64,000 nt of DNA from Octopus vulgaris (Eukaryota). The position numbers were made by a program, and so were the translations under genes. Each line of letters begins with the position of its first letter. Position 1 is the first letter of the stretch. Below are positions 35,729 to 49,000 of this stretch, piece after piece. The notes beneath the pieces are model-generated. The model was not told the DNA's origin. It did not search any database and worked only from the letters and a program-made list of their open reading frames with translations. The stretch covers positions 158,348,001 to 158,412,000 of the forward strand of contig OX597817.1 in the NCBI GenBank assembly GCA_951406725.2. The letters are read 5' to 3'.

Positions 35729-38700
35729 GCATATGTGTGTGTGTCATTCTTTTTCAAAGTAGTTGAGTGAATTGTTTTTACTTTGGTCTAATGTTACCCT
35801 TAATGTTTATTAGGTCTACACTGAAGAACAGACAAGATGTCCGCAGAAAGGCTACAGAGATAGTATTTACCCAGCAAGCTTCCGGTTTCAACGAGGTGGT
35901 AACAAGCCAGCTCGATCATTGAAGGAATTAACAGATGATAAACATATTTTCAAAATGTTACATGTATCGTTTGTGTGGATCCTTAAAGCTTGCGTTAACC
36001 GAATAACTGAAACCTCTCTAGAAGCCCCTCCTACAGAAGATGCTATTCTGGATACAGAGAGATTAGAAGGTGAGTTGAAGAATTAAAAAAAAAAATCTTA
36101 ATAAAGCAAAATTTTGATGAACAATAATTTCCAAAATTTATTTTGCTTGTTAATGCATGATATATAATGACTCTAAGGTTAAGATGGATTACTGACCACA
36201 GACGCAGGTCTGGCTGTGTGGTTAAGAATCTTGCTTTGCAAGCATGTATCTTTGAGTTCAATCTCTCTGCATGACCCCATGTGTAAGTATCTTCTACTAT
36301 AGCCTCAGGCTGACCAGTGCCTTGTGAGTGAAATTGATAGACAAAAATTGTGTAGAAGCCTGAATGGATGAACATTTACAAAGTGTAAATGAATTATTCT
36401 GTCCCTTTTATTTTTCTAGAAACTGAAGAAGGCTTTATAAAACTCTACATGAGGAAATCCAGTCCAGACAAAGAAAATCCAGACATTGATTCAATGGATG
36501 CCGACCCAGATCAGCCGAGATTTTATAATTTACAAAATGTTATGCAGGTAATTTTGTACTATCAATTTTTTTGCCTTTAAAATACTAAATTTTCTCAAGT
36601 TACTATACACCTCTGCCCACACCAGATCAATATTATGTTCTTTTTTTATCCCTACTAATTATCTTAAATGTACTTGAAATGAAATTATAATTTGTTGTTC
36701 ACAGCATTCCATATATTAGCTGCCTCTACCAATCTCTTGCAATGTGATGTACAGTAGAAAACCACACAACTGCAGTATTCATCTCAAGAAACTATCTCAT
36801 ATAGATGTATAGTGCTAAAAAGCATAGAGGAATATCAGTAGCAAACGAAAATTGTCTGGCATGATATTCTTGTGTGTCTTAGCACTAAATGAGGGGGTGT
36901 TGAAAAGTTCATGGCATTGGATAAAAGAAAATACTGGTGGATCAGTTAATTATGATTTTATTCAACATATCCCCCTTTCAGATTCACACACTTACTGCAG
37001 TGGTCCTTTAGTTTTTCTAATCCTTGTAAAAGAACTCTGAAGGTTGGGTCTCCAACCAGGCCTTTTGTAATACCCTTAAAGCCAGGATTTTTGCAGCACC
37101 CCTTCATACATCTATACAAGTGCAGTTGTGTGAATTTCTACATTATATTCCACATTAATTGCCTGTGCCGCCTGACTGGCCCCCCATGCCGATGGCATGT
37201 AAAAGCACCCACTACACTCTCGGAGTGGTTGGCATTAGGAAGGGCATCCAGCTGTAGAAACTCTGCCAGATCAGATTGGAGTCTGGTGCAGCCATCCAGC
37301 TCACCAGTCCTCAGTCAAACCATCCAACCCATGCCAGCATGGAAAGCAGACGTGAAATGATGATGATGATGATGTGTAAGAGGCTGGATCTGGTTTGAAC
37401 ATAAAATAGGTTAAATATTTGGGCCGGATATGACCAGTTTTAAATGCTAAAGGGTAATCTAAATGTAGTGAGTAACAAATAACTGTAGTCTAATGGATTG
37501 TGTGTTTTTTTCTTCTTTTACAGGTGCTTGGTTATTTAAACTTTCACACAGTGGCCCATCATATTGTCATAGGGAACCAGTTAATTGTCAAGGGTGCAGA
37601 GAAACAGCTTGTCAAGTCAATGTTAGAAGTCTTGAAGGTTTGTTATTACCCAAAATTATTTCATCTGTTCTATTATAATGATTGGTGTTATAGTTGACTG
37701 AATCGATAGGCTTCACAGATTCATAGCTGCAGGATCAGTGGTTGATATCTTGGCTCTGTGATGTAGTTGTACATACTTTCAATGACATAGTCTACCTTGT
37801 TACAATGGACATCATGTAGATGAATCAGTGTGGCAGCCTCTATGAAGTCACTTCATCTGCTTGAAATAATTAGAATCACACACACCCTATTGTCTTAAAA
37901 ATGACGAACAAATTGGATAATAGTCCTAGATGTATCATGTCTTAAAATATAAGATGGGATAGTCATGGTTGGTATGGTTTGTTGGTAGGTCTGCTAGATC
38001 CCTGATGATCTGGGATCTGAACAAGGCATCATGTATAGGTTTAGCTCACTACTATAAACTGATATCAATGCATAAGTGATGTGTTGTGTTAGCTTGGATT
38101 GAGTTGAAGTTCTATGAATGTAGCTTGTTTAAAGAGTGTTTCCACTAGACGGTTCTTGCTTCAAATACATGTAAAGCTTATGTCTTCGACTGGGGAATCC
38201 CAACTTCATGAGATACTGTGCTCACATTTGATAAATACAAAGTTACTTGTTATTTGCTTCATTATGATACACAAGAATCGGAATTGAAATTGAACCAATC
38301 CTATGACTGGCACCCGGCAGATGCCAGGACCCCTGGACTGGAGATACGTAAAATGCACTATCCGAATCGTGGCCGATGCCAGCGCCACCTCGACTGGCTT
38401 CCATGTCGGTGGCACGTAAAAAGCACCATCCGAATCGTAGCCGAAGCCAGTGCTGCCTCGACTGGCTTCCGTGCAAGTGGCACATAAAATGCACCAATCC
38501 GACCGTGGCTGATGCCAGCCTCGCCTGGCACCAGTGCAGGTGGCACGTAAGAAGCACCCACTACACTCACGGAGTGGTTGGCGTTAGGAAGGGCATCCAG
38601 CTGTGGAAACATTGCCAGATAAGACCGGAGCCTGGTGCAGCCTTCTGGCTTCCCAGATCCCCGGTCGAACCGTCCAACCCATGCTAGCATGGAGAACGGA

Positions 38701-41700
38701 CGTTAAACGATGATGATGACGATGATGAAGAAGCACCGAGTCTACTCTGTAAAGTGGTTGGCATTATAGGAAGGGCATCCAACCAGGGAAACCATGTTCA
38801 AAACAGACAGCAGAGCTTGTTGCGAGTCTTCTGACTTGCCAGTTCCTGTCAAACAATCCTACCCATGCCAGCATGGAAAACAGATGTGAAATGATGATGA
38901 TAATGTGTTAGTTTTAAATAATAGTCTATAGTTCCTCTAAAATGAGAACCTGCTCTAGCCTCTTTGTATGAATAATCTTTTACTTGTTTCAGTCATGTGA
39001 CTGTGGCCATCCTGGAGCACTGCCTTTAGTCTAGCAAATCGACCCCAGGACTTATTCTTTGTTATCCTAGTACTTATTCTATCGGTCTCTTTTGCCGAAC
39101 CGCTAAGTTACGGGGACGTAAATATACCAGCATCGGATGTCAAGTGATGTTGGGGGGACAAACACAGACACACAAACATATACACACACATGCATACATA
39201 CATACATACATATATATATACACACACATATATACGACTGGCTTCTTTCAGTTTCTGTCAACCAAATCCACTCACGAGGCTTTGGTCAGCCCAAGGCTAT
39301 AGTAGAAGACACTTGCCCAACGTGCCACACAGTGGGACTGCACCCGGAACCATGTGGTTGGTAAGCAAGCTACTTACCACACAGGCACTCCTGTTACTTA
39401 ATTAATATTGATTGGTAATAAGGCGGCGAGCTGGCAGAAATGTTAGCGCGCCGGGCGAAATGCTTAGCGGTATTTCGTCTGTCGTTATGTTCTGAGTTCA
39501 AATTCTGTCGAGGTCGACTTTACCTTTCATCCTTTCGGGGTCGATAAATAAAGTACCAGTTTCGCACTGGGGTCGATGTAATCGACTTAATCCCTTTGTC
39601 TGTCCTTGTTTGTCCCCTCTATGTTTAGCCCCTTGTGGGTAGTGAAAAAAAAAAAAAATATTGATTGGTAATTTATTGATTACAGGTATTTAAACCTGCT
39701 CAAGAATCCACACATTCTCTAATTCTAAACAATTCTGTATATTTTGATGTCTCATTGTCATTGGATTAAGTGTTTTTCTCTTCTTGACATCTGGATTGTA
39801 TAGATGTTCTCTCTAACTGCTCATATCATTTATCATCTGTGTATGCTAAATTGTGAATTTTATTCTACTTCTATCTCAATCACCAGGGAATTCTCAAACT
39901 TTTTTTTGGACAACATATCATGTGATAAGTTTTTATTGATATTTCTAGGAAATCTTCTCTATATATAAAAGGCAGGTTGTCTGTCTGTGTGTCTGTCAGG
40001 TTGTACCCTCACCCTGACCACGGCTTTCAACCGATTCTGATGAATCTTGACACACACATAGCCCAATGTCATAATTCAAAACTAACGCAATGAAAATGTT
40101 GAAAAGTTCCCCCAGTTCTGAAAAAAAATTATAAATTCCACCACTTCAAGCAGTCAACGAGACAAAACATGACCAGACAACATAACCTTGGCATACTTCT
40201 GCTAATCGCAGCTGCAGCCGCAAGTCGTTGCCTACTAGAGGTTCTTACATACCCGGGCAATGCTGGGCTATGCTGCTAGTGTATAAATATATATACATAA
40301 GTAACTAGATTTTGATTTTGATTTCCTAGTTACTTATGTATATATACATATATCAAAATCAAATCAATCAATATCAAAATTGAAATTGATAAAAAATCAA
40401 TGGAAATTGTAGTTGTGATACCAGTGCTGGTGGCATGTAAAAGAACCATCTGAATGTGGCCGTTGCCAGTGCTGCCTCGACTCACCTCCGTGCCGGTGGC
40501 ACGTAAAAAGCACCAACCGATCGTGGCCGTTGCCAGCCTCACCTGGCACCTGTGCCGGTGGCATGTAAAAAGCACCCACTACACTCACAGAGTGGTTGGC
40601 GTTAGGAAGGGCATCCAGCTGTAGAAACACTGCCAGATCAGACTGGAGCCTGGTGCAGCCTCCTGGCTTCCCAGACCCCAGTCAAACCGTCCAACCCGTG
40701 CTAGCAAGGAAAACGGATGTTAAACGATGATGATGATATATACATAAGTGACTAGGTTTGAAGGCTCAGCAGATAGAGTGAACTGTCTTCCAATAAAGCC
40801 AACAACTGGATATGAAATCTGGGTCTGAGGGAAGAGAGTCCAGCTTGTTTATTCAGACACTTCTTCCCTGTAACAATGTAATTAGTTGTTAATGATTTAA
40901 TGTTGAATTATTCTGTTTTTTATTTTTTACTGATAATTCTCTTTAATTTCCTTCAATGCACACCATTTTTAAAAATAAATTTTATTGAATCATTTTTCTC
41001 TCTCATCATGGCATTTTTATTTGTTTATTTTTTTATCTCACCACAGGGTTTATTACCAAAAGGTTGTTGTAAAATAATTCCTTACAGTGAAAAGTATGAA
41101 GAATCTTGGCGCTGCAACTTTTTAGGAGTCCCTCTTGGAGTTTTGTTACCTAACCATATTCTAAACTCAGAACAGTTCCTTTTAATAGAGATTCTCAGTC
41201 CTGAAGAGGGACCACAAGATCTCAATAGCTATGAGTTCAAAATCAGTAGCCATGTTATCCTGCCAGATAAAGGTAAAAATTTCCATTTTTAAACAATTTA
41301 TATGTACCATATTTGATGGCATATAAGACATTTTTTTCCCCAAAATATTTCAGAAAATCATCCCTGGTTCTATGCATGAAGTTGGGTTTCCCATAAGCTA
41401 ATTTTGTCCCTGGTGTTTACTACTATAGGTTAATTTTAATCGAGATAGTCTCTTCTGCCTAACCTAATTATATGAATAATATTTTTTTTTCTTTTTTGCC
41501 CTTTTCAAGCCTAGCCAAGCTCATGGGCTCAGTTTCCCGGTTTCTGTAGTGTGTGTTCTTCCCAGCTGGATGGGACGCCAGTCAATTGCAGCGTTACTCA
41601 AGAAACAGGAAGAGAGAGTGAGAGAAAGTTGGGGTGAAAGAGTACAACAGGGGTCACCACCACCCCCTGCCGGAGCCTCGTGGAGCTTTTAGGTGTTTTC

Positions 41701-43055
41701 GATCAATAAACACACACAACGCCCAGTCTGGGAATCGAAACCACGATCCTATGACTGCGAGTCCGCTGCCCTAACCACTGGGCCATTGCGCCTCCACATG
41801 AATAATATTTACTTAAACATTATTATTACTATTTGTACTATAAAAGGGATTATTGTAACAGTGGACTGGTGATATTTGTCAATACCAGCTGACCTATCAT
41901 GACTAGACTTCTATTCTTCAATTATGCTCTGCTGAAATTGGGGTGCATCTAATATGCCTGTGTGTCTTTTATGCCATCAGATATGGTAACTCTGGTTGTG
42001 AATTTGAGGTGCTGGTCTAATGATCACATATATGTATAAGTTCAAAACATGTTTCAGTCATTGTAATTGTATTTTATATTATTCTGATTCTCTCAGTTTT
42101 GCCTGACAGATATTTTTACAGTAGAATGGTTGGTAATGCAACAGATACATTAGCTATAAAACTACTATCTCTGACATTATCTAGATTACAAAAGTAAAGT
42201 ATACTACCATGGTAGCATACAGATATTTAGTGGGATAGCCATATATGAATGGTTCTCTAAATGAACATTGAATAACAAATGATTTTTCTAAAGAAAATTG
42301 AATTTGCATACTGAACTGAAATTTGATCCACGAACCATGTGCAGGTTATGTATGTGTATAAATGACTGGGAGTCCATTTGCTTAATGATTTCATATTTGA
42401 ACAGCAAAATCTGTGTAGACCACACATGTGTATAAGTGCTAGAAGAGCATATATGAATGGTATGCTAAATTAGCCAATTGTTTAGCAAATGTTTTTCTGA
42501 AGGAAATTATATTCAACCAATGAGCTGAAATTTGAATAACAAACCATGGGAAACTACACACACATTTAAGTGGCTGGGAAAGCTTATACGTATGGTTTGT
42601 TAATGTCTATGAACACATTTCATCTTGCTTGGAAATTTTCCTGTTTTATATAGAAAATTATTTTTCTCATTTTTTTGGCACGTAAAAAGCACCATCCGTT
42701 CGTGTCCGTTGCCAGCCTCGCCTGGCCCCCGTGCCGGTGGCACGTAAAAGCACCATCCGTTCGTGGCCGTTTGCCAGCTCCATCTGGTACCTGTGCGGGT
42801 GGCACGTAAAAAGCACCCACTACACTCACGGAGTTGTTGGCGTTAGGAAGGGCATCCAGCCGTAGAAACACTGCCAGATCAGACTGGGCCTGATGCAGCC
42901 TCCTGGCTTCACAGACCCCAGTTGAACTCTCCAACCCATGCTAGCATGGAAAGCAAACACTAAATGATGATGATGATGATGATTAGCTATGTATCAACAG
43001 AAGAAGACAAAGGGAAAACATGCATACACACACACATATATACACATATTCACAC

Positions 43056-43090
<35 letters not shown>

Positions 43091-46004
43091 GGCGGTGCCC
43101 CAGCATGGCCACAGCTCATGAGCTGAAACTAGAATCAATCAATCAATCAATCATATATATATATATATATTTATGTATTTGCTGTTGATGGATGGACAAG
43201 TAAAACATTTCCTGCTTTTATGTGGGCATGGCTTAGAATGTATTACCCTGTTTATATGTTCTTAATTATTCATGTAGTAAACAGCTTGGTTAAAGAACAG
43301 ACCTCCAAAACAGATCATCTTTGTATTTTGAGAACCCATTGTAAATATAAAACTTAGAAAAAGAGAAAGTAAGATCATTTATCAGCTTATCCATATGGAA
43401 TTGATCTTTCTCTGTGTATTACTTACAGTAAATCTTTTCTGCCCCTCTAACAGTTGTCTTTTGTATGCCTGGTAACGCTGTCTTTTAGTCTTGTTTTATA
43501 GAATTACCACGAAAATCCTCCTCTTAGATCTTGTCCAACAGTTTTGTAAGACAGTAAGCATGTTTGTTTTGAATTCTGGCTTCCGTGCCGGTGGCACATA
43601 AAAAGCATCATTTGAGTGTGATCATTACCAGCGTCGCCTTACTGACACTTGTGCTGGTGGCACGTGAAAAAACATTCGAGTGAGGTCGTTGCCTGTGCTG
43701 CTGGACTGGCTCCTGTGCAGGTGGCACGTAAAAAACACCATTTGAGCGTGGCCGTTGCCAGTACTGCCTGACTGGCCTTTGTGCCGATGGCACTTAAAGC
43801 ACCCTCTACACTCTTGGAGTGGTTGGCGTTAGGAAGGGTATCCAGCTGTAGAAACTCTGCCAGATCAGATTAGAGCCTGGTACAACCATCTGGTTTGCCA
43901 GTCCTCAGTCAAATCGTCCAACCCATGTTAGGATGGAAAGCAGACGTTAAACAATGATGATGATGTTATTGATTGCTTTTTCTTTTCTATTTCATGGGTA
44001 AATCACGTGTATTTAATTATAAAAATTGTCTTCCTTTTTCAGCTCCTAAGGTACTAATCCGTATGGAACTTGCACTAAGAAATACAAATCTATGCTATGA
44101 AGTTATTGAACAATGCTTAATTTGCTTAAAAGAAGAATGGATGAAGTAAGCATATTTTTTACTACTAAATATTGATCACTTTGTTTATTAAATGAGATTT
44201 GTGTCTATGATCTAACTAGTATACTTTTGGGTGCTCAGTATGCCTGTCATATGTATTGAACTCCATAAACACGAGAGGATCTCTCAAGGCAAATATCGCT
44301 CTATATGGCATTCTAATAACACATCCACATTAAGTAAGATATAATGATTGCTATTTGGTATTAATATTACTTCTGTTGCTAATATTTGTTTTTTAACAAG
44401 TCTGCTGGCTATTTGCAATATCAGTGTTATTCTAGATATTGTTGGCAGTGAGATTTAGCTGGTATGTGGTTCGTAGATGCCTACCACTGAGGAAACTCGA
44501 GTATGGTGAAATCACATGATCTGGCAGTTCTGGAACTCATGCCAGACATTTTTTGTTTGTTAATGATATATGTCTGTGCTCTTAATACCATATGTGTATA
44601 TGAAAGAATCTCTCAAGGTGAATACTACAGTATTTGGTATTCTATCGTCATCATCATCCAGTGTTTTAATTTTGGGGTTTTGTCCCTGTTAACAGGGACC
44701 CTTCCTTTCATCTTTAACAAGAACCTTTTCCCATATAACAATGCTACACATTCCCTGAACTTCACCCAGCCAAGTCTTGCTCTTGCTGTCACAGCTGCTT
44801 CACATCCACTCTATCTCCCAAATAACAAAACCCTCTCAGTTTCCACTGGTTCTGCCAGCCCTCCAGCTTCTCACATCTTCCACAAACAATCTCTCTCAAG
44901 AGTCTTGGGGTCACCTTCTTCATTTTCGTACATGTACCACGGATCCATTTCTCACATCTTGTACTCAACACTGCATTTACCATTACCCTCCTCCCACATA
45001 CACCACATGGATCCACCTTACCCAACAACACTTTTTCCACCCTGCTCACCATCACCTTTGTCTTCCTGAGGTTTACCTTCAAACACCTCCTTCCATTTCC
45101 AAAACTTCTCCCTCATCAGAACAAGGTCGTCCGCATACAGTATCTCCATTGTCAATCCCTCTCTATGGACAATGAAAATCATTTACAACTATCACATGAT
45201 GTCAAAACGAAGTGACTCAAACACACACATATATACATACATTATATATATCATCATCATTTAACTTCTGTTTTCCATGCTGGCATGGGTTGGATGGTTT
45301 GACAGGAGCTGGTGGGCTGCACCAGGCTCCAGTGGTCTGTTTTCTATGGTTGGATGCCCTTCCTAACACTAACCACTTTACAAAATGTACTGGATGCTTT
45401 TCATATGGTACTTGTATGGGCACTTTGTATGTGGTACATGAAAGATTGCAAACGAATGACACTAGTTTTCTATGAATATGCTATCAAGACAAGAAGAGAC
45501 ATACACATACACCCGTGTTTGTCCTTCTACTGGCATAAAGTTACCTTCCCCACCACTTAGTAAAGGGTTTTTTGCCTTTTCCTCAACAAACTCCCTCCAA
45601 CACATGCAAACATGAACAAGTAGATATTAAAATGATGATGATTGTCCAGCATTAAAAAATAACATATTTAGCCATTTATAAAATTATTTGTAAACTTTAT
45701 CAACTTCCTTCAGGTCAGTTCGTTTTGTTGGTAAAAAATTAAGAAGGAACCCCCACCCTCCATTTAGATGAAATACTTTTTATAGCATTTTTTTATTTAT
45801 TTTTCCAGCAAAGTAAAGGTTCTATTCAAGTTCACCAAAGCTGGTGGCAGCCGATCAGAAGACGACATGAAGAAACTTCTGCAAGTGGTTGGTGCCAAAG
45901 AAGAAGACAAACAGTTGCTAAAGTTCTGGATGACTGGTTTAAGTGTTCAATACCGTAACCACATTTTGTCCACATCAATGAATATGAACATGGTTCCTCC
46001 TTAA
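30749..46004 (+). CDS. FLCN: Folliculin; join(30749-30976,31479-31616,33387-33608,35814-36069,36420-36547,37524-37637,41047-41272,44043-44145,45809-46004), 536 aa
   Basis: Hallmark FLCN peptides [116 protein letters not shown]. All introns are GT-AG with matching phases; total 1611 nt. Confidence 0.97.
31479..31616 (+). CDS. FLCN: FLCN coding exon 2
   Basis: [15 protein letters not shown]...RSLSCE; AG/GT bounded. Confidence 0.93.
31833..32320. mobile_element. hAT-type MITE in FLCN intron 2 carrying a nested hammerhead-containing insert
   Basis: TAGTGGTTCTCAAC...GTTGAGAGCGCCTA termini; 8-bp TSD CTCCAAAA/CTCCAAAG. Confidence 0.75.
32093..32135 (+). ncRNA. Minimal type I hammerhead ribozyme motif
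   Basis: TCCAGA-CTGAAGA-cGAGcaatgaCTCa-GAAAC-TA-GTC-TCTGGA: stem I, core, stem II, palindromic stem III (ACTAGT), GUC cleavage triplet. Confidence 0.75.
33387..33608 (+). CDS. FLCN: FLCN coding exon 3
   Basis: [13 protein letters not shown]...KAEK; AG/GT bounded. Confidence 0.95.
34920..35137. mobile_element. Mariner/Tc1-type MITE; further copies 35226-35442 and 36890-37106
   Basis: TIR GAGGGGGTGCTGAAAAGTTCCTGGCTTT / AAAGCCAGGAACTTTTTAGCACCCCCCTC, TA flanks. Confidence 0.85.
35814..36069 (+). CDS. FLCN: FLCN coding exon 4
   Basis: [11 protein letters not shown]...[10 protein letters not shown]...[12 protein letters not shown]...EAPPTED; donor GTGAGT. Confidence 0.93.
36420..36547 (+). CDS. 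FLCN: FLCN coding exon 5
   Basis: [10 protein letters not shown]...FYNLQNVMQ; phase 1 to 0. Confidence 0.88.
37524..37637 (+). CDS. FLCN: FLCN coding exon 6
   Basis: [24 protein letters not shown]...LK. Confidence 0.92.
39953..40279 (+). mobile_element. Non-autonomous Helitron
   Basis: A|TC...TATATATAAAA start; subterminal hairpin CCCGGGCAATGCTGGG; CTAG|T end. Confidence 0.75.
41047..41272 (+). CDS. FLCN: FLCN coding exon 7
   Basis: [27 protein letters not shown]...LPDK. Confidence 0.93.
44043..44145 (+). CDS. FLCN: FLCN coding exon 8
   Basis: [35 protein letters not shown]. Confidence 0.93.
44481..44527 (+). ncRNA. Type I hammerhead-like motif (slightly decayed)
   Basis: CTACCA-CTGAGGA-a-ACTcgagtatGGT-GAA-ATCAcaTGAT-C-TGGCAG. 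Confidence 0.5.
44690..45170 (-). mobile_element. RTE-like LINE RT fragment in FLCN intron 8
   Basis: [10 protein letters not shown] and [10 protein letters not shown] followed by PCGVCGRRV...CEKW; FCYLGD. Confidence 0.8.
45809..46004 (+). CDS. FLCN: FLCN last coding exon
   Basis: [10 protein letters not shown]...[16 protein letters not shown]...PP*. Confidence 0.94.
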
Positions 46005-49000
46005 ACTGATGTTATCATCACAGTTCCAAAATTCTTCTCCCTCTTTTTCTTGTACATAAACACTTGTGTGTGTATGTATGTATGTATATATATACATACA
46101 TACATATCATCATCATCGTTTAACGTCCGTTCTCCATGGACGTTAAACGATGATGATGATGATATGTATGTATGTATGTTGAAAACAAATCAGCAAGAAA
46201 AAATATGTTAATTGCTCATGAATTTGTAGGGGAAGGAAGAGTTTTCAATCATAAATGCTGAGAATATTTATAAATTTCAGAGCTACTTTTATTTGAGAAA
46301 ATAAAAATAGTTCTTGTATTTGTTATGTATATATAAATATATACACACACAAACATATTAAGTGTGTATATATATATATATATATATAAAGTGTATATAT
46401 GTACATATATATATATTATATGTATATGTATGTGTATATATATATGTGTGTGTGTATATCTATATATGTATATATATATATGTGTGTATATATAATATAT
46501 ATTATATATATAAAGAGAAAAGACCATTTTTTTGTATGTTTAATATTTTGAAATCTTTATACGCTAAGTACCTGTTTTGCAAATTTAAATTAAAATTCTA
46601 TGAAATTTGAAGAATGTGTTGTGTAAAATTGTGCCAAATGTATGATGAGTATTGGAGAGTTAGATGTAAAATTTAGAACCAGCAGATGTCACATCCTTGT
46701 TTTGATGCTCTGATTAATCATTTCACTTCACCTGGGGAATTGATTAAATTTCAGACAGCAGGTTTATAAGACAAATGTTTGACATCTTCGTCAGAGAGTT
46801 TAACATTTATTGCCACTGCTTGAATTATTTCAACATTGTCTTATGATGACCACTTTTCCATGCTTGCATGGGACAGACGGAATTTATTGAGGTAGATATT
46901 CCACAGCTGGATGCTCTTCCTGTCACCAACCCTCATCTGTTTCCAATCAGAGTTATATTTCCTCATGGCCAGACATATTTTTCATGAAGCATTCGAAATG
47001 AACAACATTGCTTATGACAGTGATACCTGTTTACAACCATGATGTCAAGACAAGGGGAAATACACATATACATACATAAATGTCTGTATATATACATATC
47101 TATATCAATCAATCTATCTATCTATCTATCTATCTATCTATATATATATATATATATATATATATGCCAGGGGTGTAACCAGCCCACTTATGCGTACCTT
47201 TCCTTCATTGGACACTAAACTCTGCTTGCAAAGACCTGTTGAGGCAAGTGAAATCGAAATCAAATTTGATGACTGGCATCTGTGTTAGTGGAGCGCTAAG
47301 AGCACCATCCGAGCGTAAACGTTACCAGTGTCGCCTTACTGGCATGTGAATAAACATTCGAGCGAGGTCATTGCCAGTGCTGCTGGACTGGCTCCTGTGC
47401 AGGTTGCACGTAAAAAACACCATTTGAGTGTGGCTGTTGCCAGTACCGCCTGACTGGCCCTCATGCTGGTGGCGCGTAAAAGCACCCACTACACTCTCGG
47501 AGTGATTGGCGTTAGGAAGGGTATCCAGCTGTAGAAACTCTGCCAGATCAAGATGAGTCTGGTGCAGCCATCTGGTTCACCAGTCCTCAGTCAAATTGTC
47601 CAAACCATGCCAGCATGGAAAGCGGACTTTAAACGATGATGATGATGAAGAAATAAAATGTCCTTGGTACAGTATTATATATTTGAAAAAATGAAGAGAA
47701 ATGGCTTTTCTCATAATTTTTCCGCTTTAATATTTAGACGTTTATAAATTTACAAATGGTTTTTATCTTTTGTAATTATTAAAGTGGAAAAATTATCAGA
47801 ATAACCATTTCTATTCATTTTTTCAGATATATATATATATATATGTTGTTTTGCAAACAACTTGCAGATGCAAGTGCTACCAGCTGAAAGCCAGCTAGTG
47901 TATGGGGTCATCAGGAGAGAATGTGTGCCGTTTCAGGGCCTACCTCTTGATGGCATCATTGCGCACCCTCACTGATAGGAGTCCCTGCTTGCTAGATGAA
48001 CTGGTTATCAAATCATCATCGTTTAACGTCCGCTCTCCATGCTAGCATGGGTTGGACGGTTCGACAGGGGATCTGGCAATGTTTCTACAGCTGGATGCCC
48101 TTCCTAACGCCAACCACTCCAAGAGTGTAGTGGGTGCTTTTTACGTGCCAGGCAAGGCCGGATCGGTGCATTTTACGTGCCACCGGCACGGAAGCCAGTC
48201 GAGGTGGCGCTGGCATCGGCCACGATTCGGATAGTGCTTTTTACGTACCACCAGTCCAGGGGTCCTGGCATCTGCCGGGTGCCAGTCATAGGATTGGTTC
48301 AATTTCGATTTCACTTACCCCAACATGTCTTCGTAAGCAAAGGGGGTTGGCATGGGTGCCTGTCGTCGAATGAGGTTCGATATCGACTTTGCTTGCCTCA
48401 ACAGGTCTTTGTGTCCAAGGGAGGAAAGGCATGCATAAGTGGGCTGGGCTCACTTGTCCTGCCTAGTCAATATTCTTCTAGCCATCACTCTTCATCTCTT
48501 TTTAACCAAATCCAGTGGCTAGCCTTTTCCACTGTAGTTTAGATATTGGTCATGGTGGTATTTACTTTATGATAACAACAGTTGTCTTACACCGTGTTCA
48601 ACAAACCCTCTACATCCGACTTTGATTAGAAAATGCTCCATTTTCCAGCCAGCATCTTCACAGTCCTCAAGGAGGTTTACATAATGGTCAATCTTTTGAG
48701 TCCAAGTGGCATCCATGTTATCTTCATGAGGAACTGTTAACTAGATTCACAACCTTCTTTCTTTCACATCACATTAAAATGTCTGAGAGCTAAGACAGTT
48801 TGTGATACTGGTCATAGTTCTCTAAACTCTTTTTTGCACCTCTTCCTTTGTCTGGCAATTACAATTTTACAACTACTTCCAAAGAGCTTTCTTAATAATC
48901 AAGTCTTCATTTGTGAGCCACTTCAAGATCTCACTGAACCATCTGTATACTGTTTGTATTGCATTCACAACACAACAGTTCTTTGCTTCTTCCTTTCTGC

